A stretch of DNA of 64,000 nucleotides from Octopus sinensis (Eukaryota). The notes under the pieces were generated by a model. That model searched no databases, was not told where the DNA came from, and was given only the letters and a program-made list of their open reading frames with translations. The stretch spans positions 61,752,001 to 61,816,000 of the forward strand of contig NC_042999.1 in NCBI RefSeq assembly GCF_006345805.1. The letters are read 5' to 3'. Every line of letters begins with the position of its first letter. Within the stretch, counting starts at the first letter, position 1. Shown here one piece after another: positions 24,962-38,120 of the stretch. The position numbers and the translations under genes were made by a program.

Positions 24962-25029
24962 GAGAGAGAGAGAGAGGTGGGAAGTGAGACAGAGGATTTT
25001 AGAAACGTTGATGTTTATGATTTAGAGGT

Positions 25030-25680
25030 TATGCAACCGTCTAAGGGATAAATGTTTCTGTAGGCAATACCGGTGTATTACCTCATTATGTATAGACCTT
25101 GCTACAAGGTTAACAGTAGTTGGTAATTTAAATGGTAAACCGTGGATTAATATATTCAGAGAAAAGAAGAAATGGAGCAACAATTAACAATTAGACGTTG
25201 ATCATTGGTATTAAAAGGTCGTAGTTTAATTGTAGTGAAAAAAACATTTACAGCTGTTTCAAGTTTGTTATTTTGAAGTAAATTTGCATTTATCCCGTTC
25301 CATTTAACAAACATCGTCAGAATGTTTTAGAGTTTATCGGAGGAATATAGACAGGAGAAAAAGGGAAAGGAAAAACGGAAAAGAGTTCGTTAAGTCTTTA
25401 GGCTTACATTTTTGTATCCTTTAAGGTTCCACATTTTTGTGTACATTTCTTCATTTAGATGAATGGAGCAGTAAGTGAGGAAAATGACTAGTTTACCGGT
25501 GGTGTTAGTCAAAAGAGTTATACCTGGTAGTAATATCCAGAGTCATTAATGGGTAATAGATAACGCTGTTTGAAACGGCCAGGTAATTCCCTATGATTAC
25601 AAATAATGCCCGTGTTAAAAATTAAGGATGCTCTTAAAAGTTTCAGGTCGACATACGGTATAAATTTGGGTTAAGTAAAA
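25030..25680 (-). mobile_element. Penelope-like element 3' remnant (minus strand)
   Basis: Contains the best hammerhead motif in the window and has a composition similar to 22500-22800. Boundaries are approximate. Confidence 0.45.
25241..25328 (-). ncRNA. Type I hammerhead ribozyme motif (intact core)
   Basis: Minus strand: AAAACATT-CTGACGA-T-GTTTGTTA...TAACAAAC-TT-GAAA-C-AGCT-G-TA-AATGTTTT. 8-bp stem I, 8-bp stem II, C-G stem III with palindromic AGCT loop. Predicted cleavage after GUA, between 25249 and 25248. Confidence 0.8.
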
Positions 25681-25685
25681 GGTAT

Positions 25686-25864
25686 ATAAGTACTAGACTT
25701 ACAAAGAATAGGTCCTGGGAATCGAAACCACAGTCTCATGACTATGAGTCCAACAACTTAATCACTAAGCCACGCACCTCCACAGAAATTTGATTAACGA
25801 ACGACTTTTCAAGGTGCTGCCGCAACATGATTACCGTGAGTGAAACAAGCAAAAGAATATACAC

Positions 25865-25938
<74 letters not shown>

Positions 25939-26086
25939 TATATACACATATACGACAGCTTCTTTCAGTTTCCGTCTACCAAATCCACTCACAATCCACT
26001 CACAATCCAAGGTGCCACGCAGTCGGACTAAACCAGGAACCATGTGGTTCGTAAGCAGCTACTTACCACACAGCCACTCCTGCGCC
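25686..26086. mobile_element. Nested SINE fragments (B 3' part on +, C head on -, B 5' part on -)
   Basis: Recognisable family motifs, e.g. CACACAGCCACTCCTGCGCC at 26067-26086. Confidence 0.7.
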
Positions 26087-26119
26087 TATGTATATATATA
26101 CACACACACACACACACAC

Positions 26120-26191
<72 letters not shown>

Positions 26192-27715
26192 ACCCACACA
26201 CCCCACAAACACACACACACATATATATATATAGTTCGTATCATTATCATGAGTAATGTTGTATTTTTATGTGAAAGTGAGTGACATAAAGATTTACAAA
26301 AAAATGCCTATAAGAAGTATATGAATGTGAAAGATTTCCGATGAGTGTTCAAGTTTTATTTTATTAACATCGTGTGGAATATTCGGGTTGTGCATAGAAT
26401 GAATATATTTGCGTTTATGAATTGTATCAGATTTTATATAGAATTAGAGTAGTTGCTTATAAACCATTTATACGAGATAATGGATAAGTAGTGAAAGGTG
26501 GGGTGAGAATAAATAAATTTATATGGCTCCCTACTCCTTTTCGTACAGGTAGTATTTCGTTTGTGTTGTTTAGGGGAAAATTGTGTAGTGATGTTTTTGC
26601 CTAGGATTATTGTTTTTTTCTGTTACTGCCATTCTTGCTTTCACCTGTAATTTATTTATTTTGTTTTATACATTTTCCAAATAGGAAAAAAAAATTATAA
26701 GATGCTTATTAGAGCTTCAAGTTGTGAAGTTGACTGCATCAACACATGTATCTTGTTACAATAATGGTGGTTTGTTTTGGACTGTTTCCATTATCTAAAA
26801 TCGTTTGTACACACACACACACACACACACACATACACACACGCATACACACACACACACACATACACACACGCATACACACACACACACAATCTCACTC
26901 CCCCTCTCCCAACCATTATATAAATTGCATCCAAGATAAAGATGTGTGCAAGATAAACAATCCCTCGACTCGCCTATATTATCCACTCTGCCAAATTGTA
27001 TCTTCCACGTGATTCTTCTTCACGTTAGTGAGAGGCCCTGTGACTATTGTAAAACTTACGCCACACTTCCTTTAGTCTACACAATGAGCTTCTTTTCTAT
27101 TCACTCGTTTCATTCAGGTCTCTTTCCGCAGTCAGGCGACTTTTTCATCTTTTCAGATGTCCGAAAATATCATCAGCCTTATCCTCGTTCTTTATAAATC
27201 CATCCTCGTAGAATTACTGCAATGCAAACTTTACTTTTATTCATCTATTCTGATAAATGAACAAGCCACAGAGATTAATACTTTTTCTCTGAGTTTAGGA
27301 TTGTTCAGAATATAGACATTTATGTATACCTTGAAAAACACGAACAAGGAAAGTAGGTTAATATAGCTTATCGCTGTTTACTACTGTAGAGTCGAACGTT
27401 GGGAGGCTTTTCGCCATGGAAATAGTCTCAGAAGAAATTTATCCTCTTGGACAACATATGTAAAAACACATTGGGTTATGATTGACGTCATCGGATCATC
27501 GGACGCATGCGTTTGTGCGTTGTTATGTGTCATCAGCCATGAGTACCAAATTCGCAGTTCACAGCCATACGAGAACGATACTTCTGATATATAACAGCAA
27601 TGAGTAAATAATATTTATACTGTATTGGATCTTGAAATATTAGTTTCAAATTTTGGTACAGGGCCAGCAATATAGGAGGGAGGGCTATTACTTAGCCGAT
27701 ATACGTGACAAGAGG

Positions 27716-28200
27716 GAAACCTACAGTTTTTGGCATCAGCTCTTTTACCTTCTTTATAAATAGGGCATATTGTCCCTTCCTTCAACTTGTCTAGAAGCTT
27801 GCCTCTACCAAGAAAACTCTGGAACAAAGACTGCAGTGGCTTTGCTAGGGTTTCTTTACACGACTTTAGAAGGTTTGCTGGAAAACATTCAGAGTCAGTA
27901 GATGAGTTTGAGTTTATTTCTTCTATGACCAGTATTACTTTAGTAATAGAAGATTTTAATGTTTTGATTTTATATTTTTTTTATAACCCAAGCTTCTTTG
28001 TCTGCTTATCCTTTTTCATGGGAGTATTTTAGACTTTTCTCAATTTCCAACAGTATTGTTCACAGGCGGGATCTTTCACTCCCATTCAGTTTTCTTTTCA
28101 GATGGTTTGCAATCTTTGAACGCTGTCTCCTAAGAACTTTCCTCTCTCTGGGATTTTTTTTCACACGTGTACACTGGCCTTTCTCTCCAGAACAAACTTG
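27716..28200 (-). pseudogene. CR1/L2-group LINE ORF2 remnant (pre-RT region)
   Basis: CFPANLLKSCKETLAKPLQ..FQSFL.RGKL.DKLKEGTICPIYKEGKRADAKN ~ GPDG.P..LLK.C...L..PL..F..S...G..P..K...I.PI.K.G...D..NYRP. Confidence 0.7.
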
Positions 28201-28875
28201 AACCTGCAGTATATGGCTTGCATTACAGACATGAATACACACTCTCTTGGATATTATCTTTAAGAGAGTATACATCATGTATATTCATGTATTCACACAA
28301 ATGCATACACTTATTCGTATATACATATATACTATGATGGTATAAACATTTTGTTTTTATTTAGTCTATATAATTATAAGTTTGTTATTTCTTCAGAATT
28401 CAAAATGTTATTTTAAAAGTACACAAGATAGTCCTAGTATGACAGAAAGGAAGAGGCATATATATATTTTTTGTTTATATATTATGAAAAGTGTTTTAAA
28501 TTGATATTAATGGTAGGATAAATTAGGCAGCTGTCTATATTATAAATACATACACCAAAAAAGGTGTGTATGTGTGTCTGTGTGTGTGTGTTTGTATGTG
28601 TGAGTGCGAGTACGAGATTTTTAAATGTGGAGGGTGCCTGTGCATGTTTATAAGTATATGTGTTTTGTGTGGTGATGACAGGTATATATTGATTGAGACA
28701 TGTACATATAGATTTACATACACACACCCACGCATATATGTGTGTGGCGTGTGTGTGTGTGTCTGTGGTGGATATATATACATACATATATATATTTATA
28801 TATACATGCTTACATATATACATCATGTATATACGTATATGTGTGTGTGCGTGTAATATATATATACATACAAAT

Positions 28876-28955
<80 letters not shown>

Positions 28956-29274
28956 GTGTATGTATGTATGTATGTATGTATATGTGTGTAGGTATGATGG
29001 TGGGTTAAAAAGTCTATAGACTGAATATGCGTAAACATTTGTATTTTTATTTTCATATACTTAAATATAAAGAATAATACTAGTTACTCTTTTCCTAAAA
29101 GATAAAACTTGGTTTATTTGAACATATAAAAATTTAACGCATTTTCTATCCTTTATCACTACTTTTCTATAATTTTACATGTATGCATATCTACACACAC
29201 ACACACACATACACACACACACACATACACACACACACACACACGCGCGGGCACACACACACTCACACACACAC

Positions 29275-29670
29275 ACGGCAGCAAATGGATCGCCTAACCA
29301 TCGCAACGCTTCCCTTCCACAGAAAATGGAAGAGTATGCGTTCCAGTTTGGTGATGGTAGGCGCGGTAATAGATGACGGATGCGATGTACGTATTCGCCA
29401 CCTCCACCCGAGCTTTTAGGGATAGCTTTCTCTCGACCCATTGCTGGGTGAGAGTGGCCACCCTACTCGTTATCTCGTCCCAATTCTTCTCCATTTGAAG
29501 GTCCAGTCCGAACCAGATCTCGAACATTTTAACCAGTCCGTCGGACCAGTGTCCCACGATGGAGACGCTGTTGGACGGCATGAGCCTGCTTCACCAGGTG
29601 CCGAGCCGCTAGCCCACCGACTTTTCCCGGTTCATTTTCGCTCCCGTTACTGCTTCGTATTCTTTTAGTG
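29275..29670 (-). pseudogene. L1/Tx1-clade LINE RT C-terminal remnant
   Basis: EYEAVTGAKMNREKSVG*RLGTW ... IWFGLDLQMEKNW ... RKLSLKARVEVANTYIASVIYY, typical of L1/Tx1 ORF2. Confidence 0.75.
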
Positions 29671-30038
29671 CCTGGCCGACAAGGTGCGTTTTGTTCGAAT
29701 ACCTTGCTGCGCATTTGTTTTTGGAGATTTAAATTCCTGGATTTTCCTGAAGAGAAAGCTGCAAAATGGTCTCCTTATTCAATCCGAATTTGGAAATTTG
29801 CGGCCTTTGAAACATTTGTAGAAAATAATAAAAGGAATTCTGTAGAATCTTCGTTCAGCTCCATTTCTTCCCTTCACTAAATATATTAAACTTCAATTAT
29901 CCGCGCTAAGGCACGGTTGCGACACCCCAAGGTCGTAACTTCAACCGTGTTTTTTCTGTTGTGATTTTTGCTACCCAGGTATCGGTTAAATTTTGAATAA
30001 TCCTTAACAAGATAATTCATTTATCCATTTCAATAAAC

Positions 30039-30119
<81 letters not shown>

Positions 30120-31297
30120 CAGTTATGCTTCTAATACACCGAGAAATATAGATTGAGTTTAAAGTATCCGAAATTTAGATGGATAGAATCTGCGCATTTG
30201 ATCCATATCTCATCAAATTTATTAATAAAACTACTTTCCGAGCATGTCAAGATTTCCAACATGTCAACACAATAGGATTCAACCAAACCTGTCACTAATA
30301 TAAGGCTTAGCATATCTCGCATTGCTCTATGATAAGTGATAATCTATATAATTATCTTTAAACTCCCGATTTTCGAGGTTAGAGACGTAGACCTCGCTTT
30401 ATCACTACTTCGAAAATGTGGGGAGAAGATTATGTAATCTTGATTAAATATAACAAGATGCAGATCCAATATAAGTGAAAGTTCAGTGATTAGTTATAAC
30501 GCTACATTTATAAGCAATATTTTTAACTAAGGATTAATTGTTAGCCACACAGCAATACTTAAATTATGTGGAAGGGCAATGCAGCTTCGCTTAACGTAGT
30601 GCATATTCTTTTATTCGTTTTGTCGTTCTTTTTGCCCCCAGACAGTACTTTGTGAGTATTAGCTTCCAATTTTTCAGATCAAGAGATTATAACGAATTTC
30701 TCCATTGAATCATATTCTTGCTTACAACCCGGTTCATCCAGATTGAAAAGGACTGTGCGCAAAAATGGTCCAAATATTGAACCGTCCTGTATTCTCTCAT
30801 TTATCAGAACCTGTTTCGTACACTATGTCCTTACTTTTTGTGTGATGATGGGTTAGCATTTAATGGCAATTTGCTTGCTATTATTCGCAGGTCGTACCAT
30901 CACAGTGGCTTCCACGTTGCTTTGTCCTTTTGGTTGTAGCCATTGATTGGGCAGTGTTTTTAAGCTGTCAGATATATTCGTTCGCTTGCTTTTGTTTTAT
31001 TCTTCTACTTGACATTTCGTCTTAGGTCTAAAAAAGATGTAAAATTTTATTCACATCGAAGAAACCATTAAATCATTAAGAAAAATCTGTAGATGAAGAC
31101 CGGGGCTACAAAACAACATAAAATAATTCTGTGACAGAAATACTTTTCCTGCTAATTTAACTACAAATATCAGTGGAAGGATTAAACAAAATGATAGAGG
31201 GGAACAAAGAATCCACCCGACAACTCTATACATACATACATATATACATACATATATACATACATATATACATACATACATACATACATACACACAA

Positions 31298-31328
<31 letters not shown>

Positions 31329-31358
31329 CATACATACATACATACATACATACATACA

Positions 31359-31975
31359 TCGTCGTGACACTCAGTCGGTAACGACGACGAGGGTTCCAGA
31401 TGATCCGATCCACAGAACATCCTGCTCGTGAAATTAACGTGCAAGTGGCTGAGCACTCCACAAACACTCTGTTAATTGTTTCAGTCATTTGACTGTGGCC
31501 ATGCTGCAGCACCGCCTTTAGTCGAGCAAATCAACCCCAGGGCTTATTCTTTGTAAGCCTAGTACTTATTCTATCGGTCTCTTTTACCGAACCGCTAGTA
31601 TACGGGGACGTAAACACACCAGCATCGGTTGTCAAGCGATGTTGGGGGGGACAAACACACACACACAAACATACACACACACACACACATACATACATAT
31701 ACATATATATATATACATATATACGACGCGCTTCTTTCAGTTTCCGTCTACCAAATCCACTCACAAGGATTTGGTCGACCCGAGACTATAGTAGAAAACA
31801 CTTGCCCAAGGTGCCACACAGTGGGACTGAACCCAGAACCATGTGGTTCGTAAGCAAGCTACTTACCACACAGCCACTCCTACGACTTTGACACATGTAC
31901 CTTTCACGTAGTTCTCGGGGAGACTCAGCGTGACACAGAGTGCGACAAGGGCCAGCCTTTGTCACACCCTGTGTC
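31359..31975 (-). mobile_element. SINE family C interrupted by a full SINE B (31476-31884)
   Basis: C-family halves at 31359-31470 and 31885-31975 flank a complete minus-strand B element. Confidence 0.8.
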
Positions 31976-32268
31976 ACATACATACAAACATGCATACATA
32001 CATATTCTCGTTTGAACCTATCATAGATGCATTAGGTTACGTATTAACAAATTTGCACAAAAACCTTGAAATGCTCGGTTTCACGGAAAGAGGACAAAAG
32101 TAAGTGACACGGATACTCCAAATCCAATCTGTTAGTGGCACAATGAAGATTTGTTAGAGATTCCAATAATTCTCCATCAGAAATTCGTATGTGAATAGAT
32201 GTACACAAATGTGTGTATGCATCAACAATTCAACAAGCACATCAACTCAACCACATATTTAAAATACC

Positions 32269-32685
32269 TATTTTTTACTACCCACAAGGGGCTAAACACA
32301 GAGAGGACAAACAAGGACAGACAAACGGATTAAGTCGACTATATCAACTCCAGTGCGTAACTGGAACTTATTTTGTCGACCCCGAAAGGATGAAAGGCAA
32401 AGTCGACCTCGGCGGAATTTGAACTCAGAACGTAACGGCAGACGAAATACCTATTTCTTTACTACCCACAAGGGGCTAAACACAGAGAGGACAAACAAGG
32501 ACTGACAAACGGATTAAGTCGACTATATCGACTCCAGTGCGTAACTGTTACTTAATTTATCGACCCCGAAAGGATGAAAGGCAAAGTCGACCTCGGCGGA
32601 ATTTGAACTCAGAACGCAACGGCAGACGAAGTACCGCTAAGCATTTCGCCCGGCGGGGAACGTTTCTGCCAGCTCGCCGCCTTAG
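32269..32685 (-). mobile_element. SINE A dimer (head + 2 x 183-bp body) with 22-bp TSD
   Basis: TSD TCAACCACATATTTAAAATACC at 32247-32268 and 32686-32707; unit junction at 32449/32450. Confidence 0.93.
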
Positions 32686-32865
32686 TCAACCACATATTTA
32701 AAATACCGAGAACTATCTTAACTCAAAATGTCTTATCGCTTTGTTAGCTACCGGAATGAAATCTCTCAAGAACTTAAGTTAAACATACGTACATGCACAC
32801 AGGCACATACAAGCAAACAAACATACATACATATATGCATACATACAAACATATTCAAATAAAAG

Positions 32866-33190
32866 GAGCACTCCGTCGGTGACGACGACGAGGGTCCCAG
32901 ATGATACGATCAACGGAACAGCTTGCTCATGAAATTAACATGCAAGTGACTGAGCAATCCACAGGCAACATGTACCCCTAACGAATTTCTCAAGGAAATT
33001 CAGCTTGACACAGAGTGTGACAAGGCCGGCCCTTTGAAATACAGGTACAACTCATTTTTGCCAGCTGAGTGGACTGGAGCAACGTGAAGTAAAGTGTCTT
33101 GCTCAAGGACACAACGCGTTGCCGGGAATTGAACTCACGACCTTACAATCGTGAGCCGAATGCCCTAACCACTAAGCCACGCGCCTTCAC
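32866..33190 (-). mobile_element. SINE family C, full length
   Basis: tRNA-like head GGCGCGTGGCTTAGTGG...GAGTTCAATTCCC, CORE-like TGTGTCCTTGAGCAAGACACT, tail GTCGTCGTCACCGACGGAGTGC. Confidence 0.88.
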
Positions 33191-34417
33191 TAAACATACA
33201 CAAATACATAACAAATATACATACGTAAGTACAGACATACAAACATGCATACGTATGTACATGCATACATAGAAACATACACAAATACATACATACGAAT
33301 ATACATACGTACGTAGATACATACATACATACATACATACATACATACATACATACATACATACATACATACATACAGACATACATGTTTATGTAAGTGC
33401 ATGTATAGATGCGTGTGCTTCTCTGCGTATATTTGTATTTTTATGTATGTGAGTATGTATGTGTGTGAAAATTATGAACCAATAAAATATTGATACAGAC
33501 ACAATCAACCACACTACTTTCTTACCAAAAATAAAAGGAAAAATATGTAAAATAAAACGACCTTCCTCATGACAAAATGTAATCCTGATAAACCGATTCC
33601 TTGTCTGGGTTTCGAGTAACAGTTCCATAAATTTCGCTAAACTTACATCGTTAATACACTTAAAAAACTTACAGACATGATATACAATTAGGTCGTGTGT
33701 CTATGAAAGAAATCAATACATACTGGAGTTTATATACATTCTTAGATAAAAATAGAATATAGAACACAATAGGATAAAATTCAAATACACAAATTGGACT
33801 CGCGAAGACGAATCTGTGATGAGAAAAAAAAAAATTCTTCTTGGTGTTTATATATATATATATGAAAACAAAAATGTATATATATATATATATGTAAATG
33901 TCTATATACGCACATATGCATGTATGTGAACATATATGTATATATATATATATAGTTATATGTATGCATGTATGTATATGTATACATATATGTATATAAG
34001 CAAATATATATACACACGCACACACATATATCATTCTTCGGTTTATTTGGATCTGTTCATAGTTTTATTTAAACTTTTGTCTCTAATTTTATATTCGTTC
34101 TACCCACCAACTCATTCTTCCTCTTACCCACACCCACCCACACACCCACACACCCACACACAGGCACACACTCATACACGCAAGTGCGCGCAAACACACA
34201 CAATACTCACTTATCTGTCTGTAAATACTCCAGTACAATTCCAGTTTCTGTTTCTTGTGTTCTTCAACTTATATTTCTCAGTTGCATTCATCAATAACAT
34301 AATTCACTCGCTTGAGTAACACTCAATTTTCTCAATATCTACTCTCAGTCAGTTTCCGTCCAAACTATTGGTTGTCATTTAATTTTTTTTTGTTTTTTTA
34401 TAAAATTTTACAGATTT

Positions 34418-34598
34418 AGGAGTGGCTGTGTGGTAAGTAGCTTGCTTACCAACCACATGGTTCCGGGTTCAGTCCCACTGCGTGGTACCTTGGGCAAGTG
34501 TCTTCTACTATAGCCTCGGATCGACCAAAGCCTTGTGAGTGGATTTGGTTGTCGGAAACTGAAAGAAGTGCGTCGTGTATGTATGTATATACAACATA

Positions 34599-34636
<38 letters not shown>

Positions 34637-34887
34637 TGTGGTATGTTGTGTGGTGTGTGTGTGTTGTGTGTGTGTTTGCGTGTCTGTGTTTGTCCCCCCA
34701 ACATCGCTTGACAACCGATGCTGGTGTGTTTACGTCCCCGTAACTTAGCGGTTCGGCAAAAGAGACCGATAGAATAAGTACTAGGCTTACAAAAGAATAA
34801 GTCCTGGGGGGCGATTTGCTCGACTAAAAAGGCGGTGCTCCAGCATGGCCACATTCAAATGACTGAAACAAGTCAAAGATAAAAAAA
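34418..34887 (+). mobile_element. SINE family B, full length with internal (TA)n/(TG)n
   Basis: AGGAGTGGCTGTGTGG...GGTTCAGTCCC...CCTTGGGCAAGTGTCTTC...GACTGAAACAAGT. Confidence 0.9.
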
Positions 34888-37800
34888 GAGTATGTACTCT
34901 CTATCGTGTTTGTATTTCAAAAACATATTCTCTTAAGCTTGCTACGGCAGGCTGCCATAAAGTGGGTTTGTAACCCGGTCTTAATGCTTGTATGGGGACA
35001 TTTGCTTTCCTTGGCGAATTTTACCCCTAATTCCCAATGTAACCATCTATTAATGAATAATGCCAGGCTGGCAACTGAATATGTTTTGCAAATGATCCAT
35101 CTACGTTTCTTGATTTTTTTTTTGTTTGTTTTCTTTTATTGTAGCAATAGATAGTTTTCATGCATATGTAGTTAACATTTTACATGAGGCGCTGGTAATT
35201 TGGATTAAATTCACTGTACAATGTCTGCCGCCTGTCATGCTCTTGAAGGTTTTTATCCCTTAACTACAAGACACCCGTAAATCTACCAAGAATCAATAGC
35301 CATATTATGAGAGCTGACAAAAGATCAAGGGAGATAATCAATGTAGACTCCCATATAAACTTCAACTGATTGTGATTACGTCAGCTTACAGACAACAATG
35401 GCCATAATAAGAATGTTATAATACGTTTCAATTCTCGTACTTAATTTAGCCAATCAGACACTTGCACACTGTTGAACCATTTTGAACTAGATTAACAAGT
35501 TATCATTTTGTTTAACTAGTAAACATTTCGTTCGCATGGTGCATTCTCTCGATACCAGGCAGTCTGTCTCTCTACTTCTAATTTTCGTTCTGGTAACAGC
35601 CTTAGTGAGTTGTTACTCATCTGTCTAATTTAATTGGCTTTGTAATAGCTAAACATCAGACTTGGTCTAGCCTCAACAGAAATTATTCTACTTGTTTAAA
35701 TACATTTGCTTTTCTTTTCCCCGATGGCTGTTTGTCTACTTGCTTACATTCAACTATACAATTGAAATTATTCCAATGACACGAAAGCAGAAAGATATCT
35801 AAGTATATTTTCTCTATTTCTACAACATATATTATTTAATTAACTTGTAGATGTACATTTTCATAAGCACACCTGTGTAAACTTTGTTTTCATTGTTACA
35901 AATTAAGATCATAAATTTTCCAAGTTTGAAATTTTTCCAGGTGGCCTGTGCCTTTTTCATACATGTATATTCAGGTGTGCCGCTTGTATTTACACTGATA
36001 CTTATGGGGCGGGGAGAGCACTGCTGTGAGGCTCTCTTTTCAAATGTAAAAGATACACTCATTCTGTTTTGCTTGTAGATTTGTTTTTTTTTGTTTTTGT
36101 TTTTTTTTTGCTATTGCTGCTGCTCTGGTTGCTGTTTTGGCTGCTGCTGCTCTTGATTCTGTTATTCATGCTATTGTAGCTTTAGCTGATTTTGTTGATT
36201 TTGTTTTAGTAATTGTGTTGGAAGCGGCCCCTTTTTTCTGGAGCAGGAAGCCCGTCTTATTGTTACTAGTACTACCGCACGTGTAACTCTTGGTCTATTT
36301 CCACCACATCTCATACCTGGACGCAACGCTTCAAATAAACGAGGTCGGTATTCGCTATATTTTCTTGAATGAGCAACATGTGCACCTCTGGTTTGAGCTC
36401 CGGTTGACAAATTCCCAGTATTCCTCTGAGATCATCATGAAATATTTAATATCTCTTACAAATAACTCATTATTTAATTCCACCTTGCTTACTCGCCGCA
36501 CCATATCAGGCGGCACAAATAATTATTCCTCAGAAAAATATGTTTTATTGAATGCTTTTTAATACCCATCTCTTCTGTGAGGTATAAGCCCACCATCCAT
36601 CTAAATTGCGTCTCTTTTCTCAAATGCCAAATGGAACACTTCACCACAATATCCAGTCCTAGTTGTAGAGTGGTGATTCGTGTGCTTCAATTTCTCTGAG
36701 AGCTATACCAGCGAAATGCAACTTCTTGATATGGCCTCCCAAGCCGGACAGGTCAAAGGATGAGCACCAGACTTCCGGAAGAAAAAATGAGTTTGCGTAG
36801 GGCCAACATCCCAACCTAGAAAAAGCAAAATTACAGAAACATCGCTGACAATTTAAACCAAGATCTGTAGAGTACGATCTTCTTCCAGTGAAACATAGGA
36901 TTCACAAAGGGAGGTGGACTGTTCAAAGGAGAAAAATTGTTGATGGCCAGTGGGAGAAGAGGGCTGGAATTAAAAAAAAGTACGGTTCTTCATTTATTCT
37001 CCATACACATTTCGGCTTCCGTGATATTAGAGTTGTCGAACTGATTAAGATTTCTCTTCACCTATCTATAGTGAGTAGTCCTGCGGGATTTCTTCATCAT
37101 TTATGCTGTTGTTAAGATAATCTTATCAGACCGAGAAGTGTAGTTGTGTGAAGTTTTGCTTGAAGCCCTCTTTATATGTTCGCTAATGCTCAATCGTGTT
37201 TCTTTGATTGATGATAATGACTTGTTTATGATGGTGGTGATGTTGTAATAAAGATGTTGTTTTTGGTAATGGCGGTAAAAATGGGGGATGTGCTGCTGCT
37301 TTTGCTACTAATACTACTACTACTACTTTTAGTTAATCCAATAATTTCTGTATTGAAATGCTTCAATGCTTTTAGTGCTATTTGTGGTGAGGTAGGCTGT
37401 TGTTGACGTTGTTGTTATTGCTGCTGCTGCTGTTGTTGTTGTTGTTGTTCTTGTTACTATTGTTGGTGTTGTTGTTAGGGACATGGTACTGCATGATGTC
37501 GTAGACAATGTTGCCTCTTTTTTTTCTGCTATGAACATTTTAATCGGATAATGAAACAAAACTGGGAATGTGTTGCTTGTAATAATGAAGGTTCATATCC
37601 CTTTAATATTTCCAATATTTCTGCTCTCCTTCCTTTCATTTTCTGTCGTAAACCCCTCATTTTTGTCACATGGTGTTATTTTCATTATATTTTACAATAA
37701 CTGTAACCAAATTTCCAATTAAATGGTACCATACATTAGGTAGGCTGGAGAAGAAGTGACTACTACACTTTGCTCAAGTTTACTTTTACGAAAAGAATCA

Positions 37801-37924
37801 TAACAAAACTATACACTAACAAAACGCAAAACTGGTAAAGTAACTGTTTTCAAATTTAAGAAAGAGCAATAACAGGAGTGGCTTTCTTCTGTTAAGCATT
37901 AACAATCAAAAATTGCTCCCAAAA

Positions 37925-38120
37925 TAGGCATAAGGACACAAACATTTAGGAGATGTTAGTCAATGACATCGATCTCGGTATTTCACTAGCACTTTATTTG
38001 TTGATACCGAAAATATGAAAGGCTCAATTGGTTTCGGCAGGATTCGAACGCGGAATAAAATAAAACGAGACAAATACTGCAAGGTACTTTATCCTACACT
38101 TTAATGATTCTGCTAATCAA
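37925..38120 (-). mobile_element. Old diverged SINE A-type copy
   Basis: GAAAGG..GTTTCGGCAGGATTCGAAC matches the reverse-strand body. Confidence 0.55.

Noticed and set aside
33673-33813. Minus-strand exon-like segment with strong acceptor and gtaagt donor
   Set aside because: The open frame is low-complexity and AT-rich, the acceptor derives from a poly(T) run, and there is no recognisable homology.
36316-36426. Minus-strand frame GILGICQPELKPEVHMLLIQENIANTDLVYLKRCVQ with a gtatga donor, faintly kinase-like
   Set aside because: Weak acceptor, motif spacing does not fit kinase subdomains IV-V, and no other kinase exons are seen.
36740-36930. Possible RTE 5' UTR/endonuclease start with an HDV-like ribozyme
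   Set aside because: Only faint resemblance (RIHKGRWTVQ ~ RIGTWNV), and I could not build the HDV pseudoknot.
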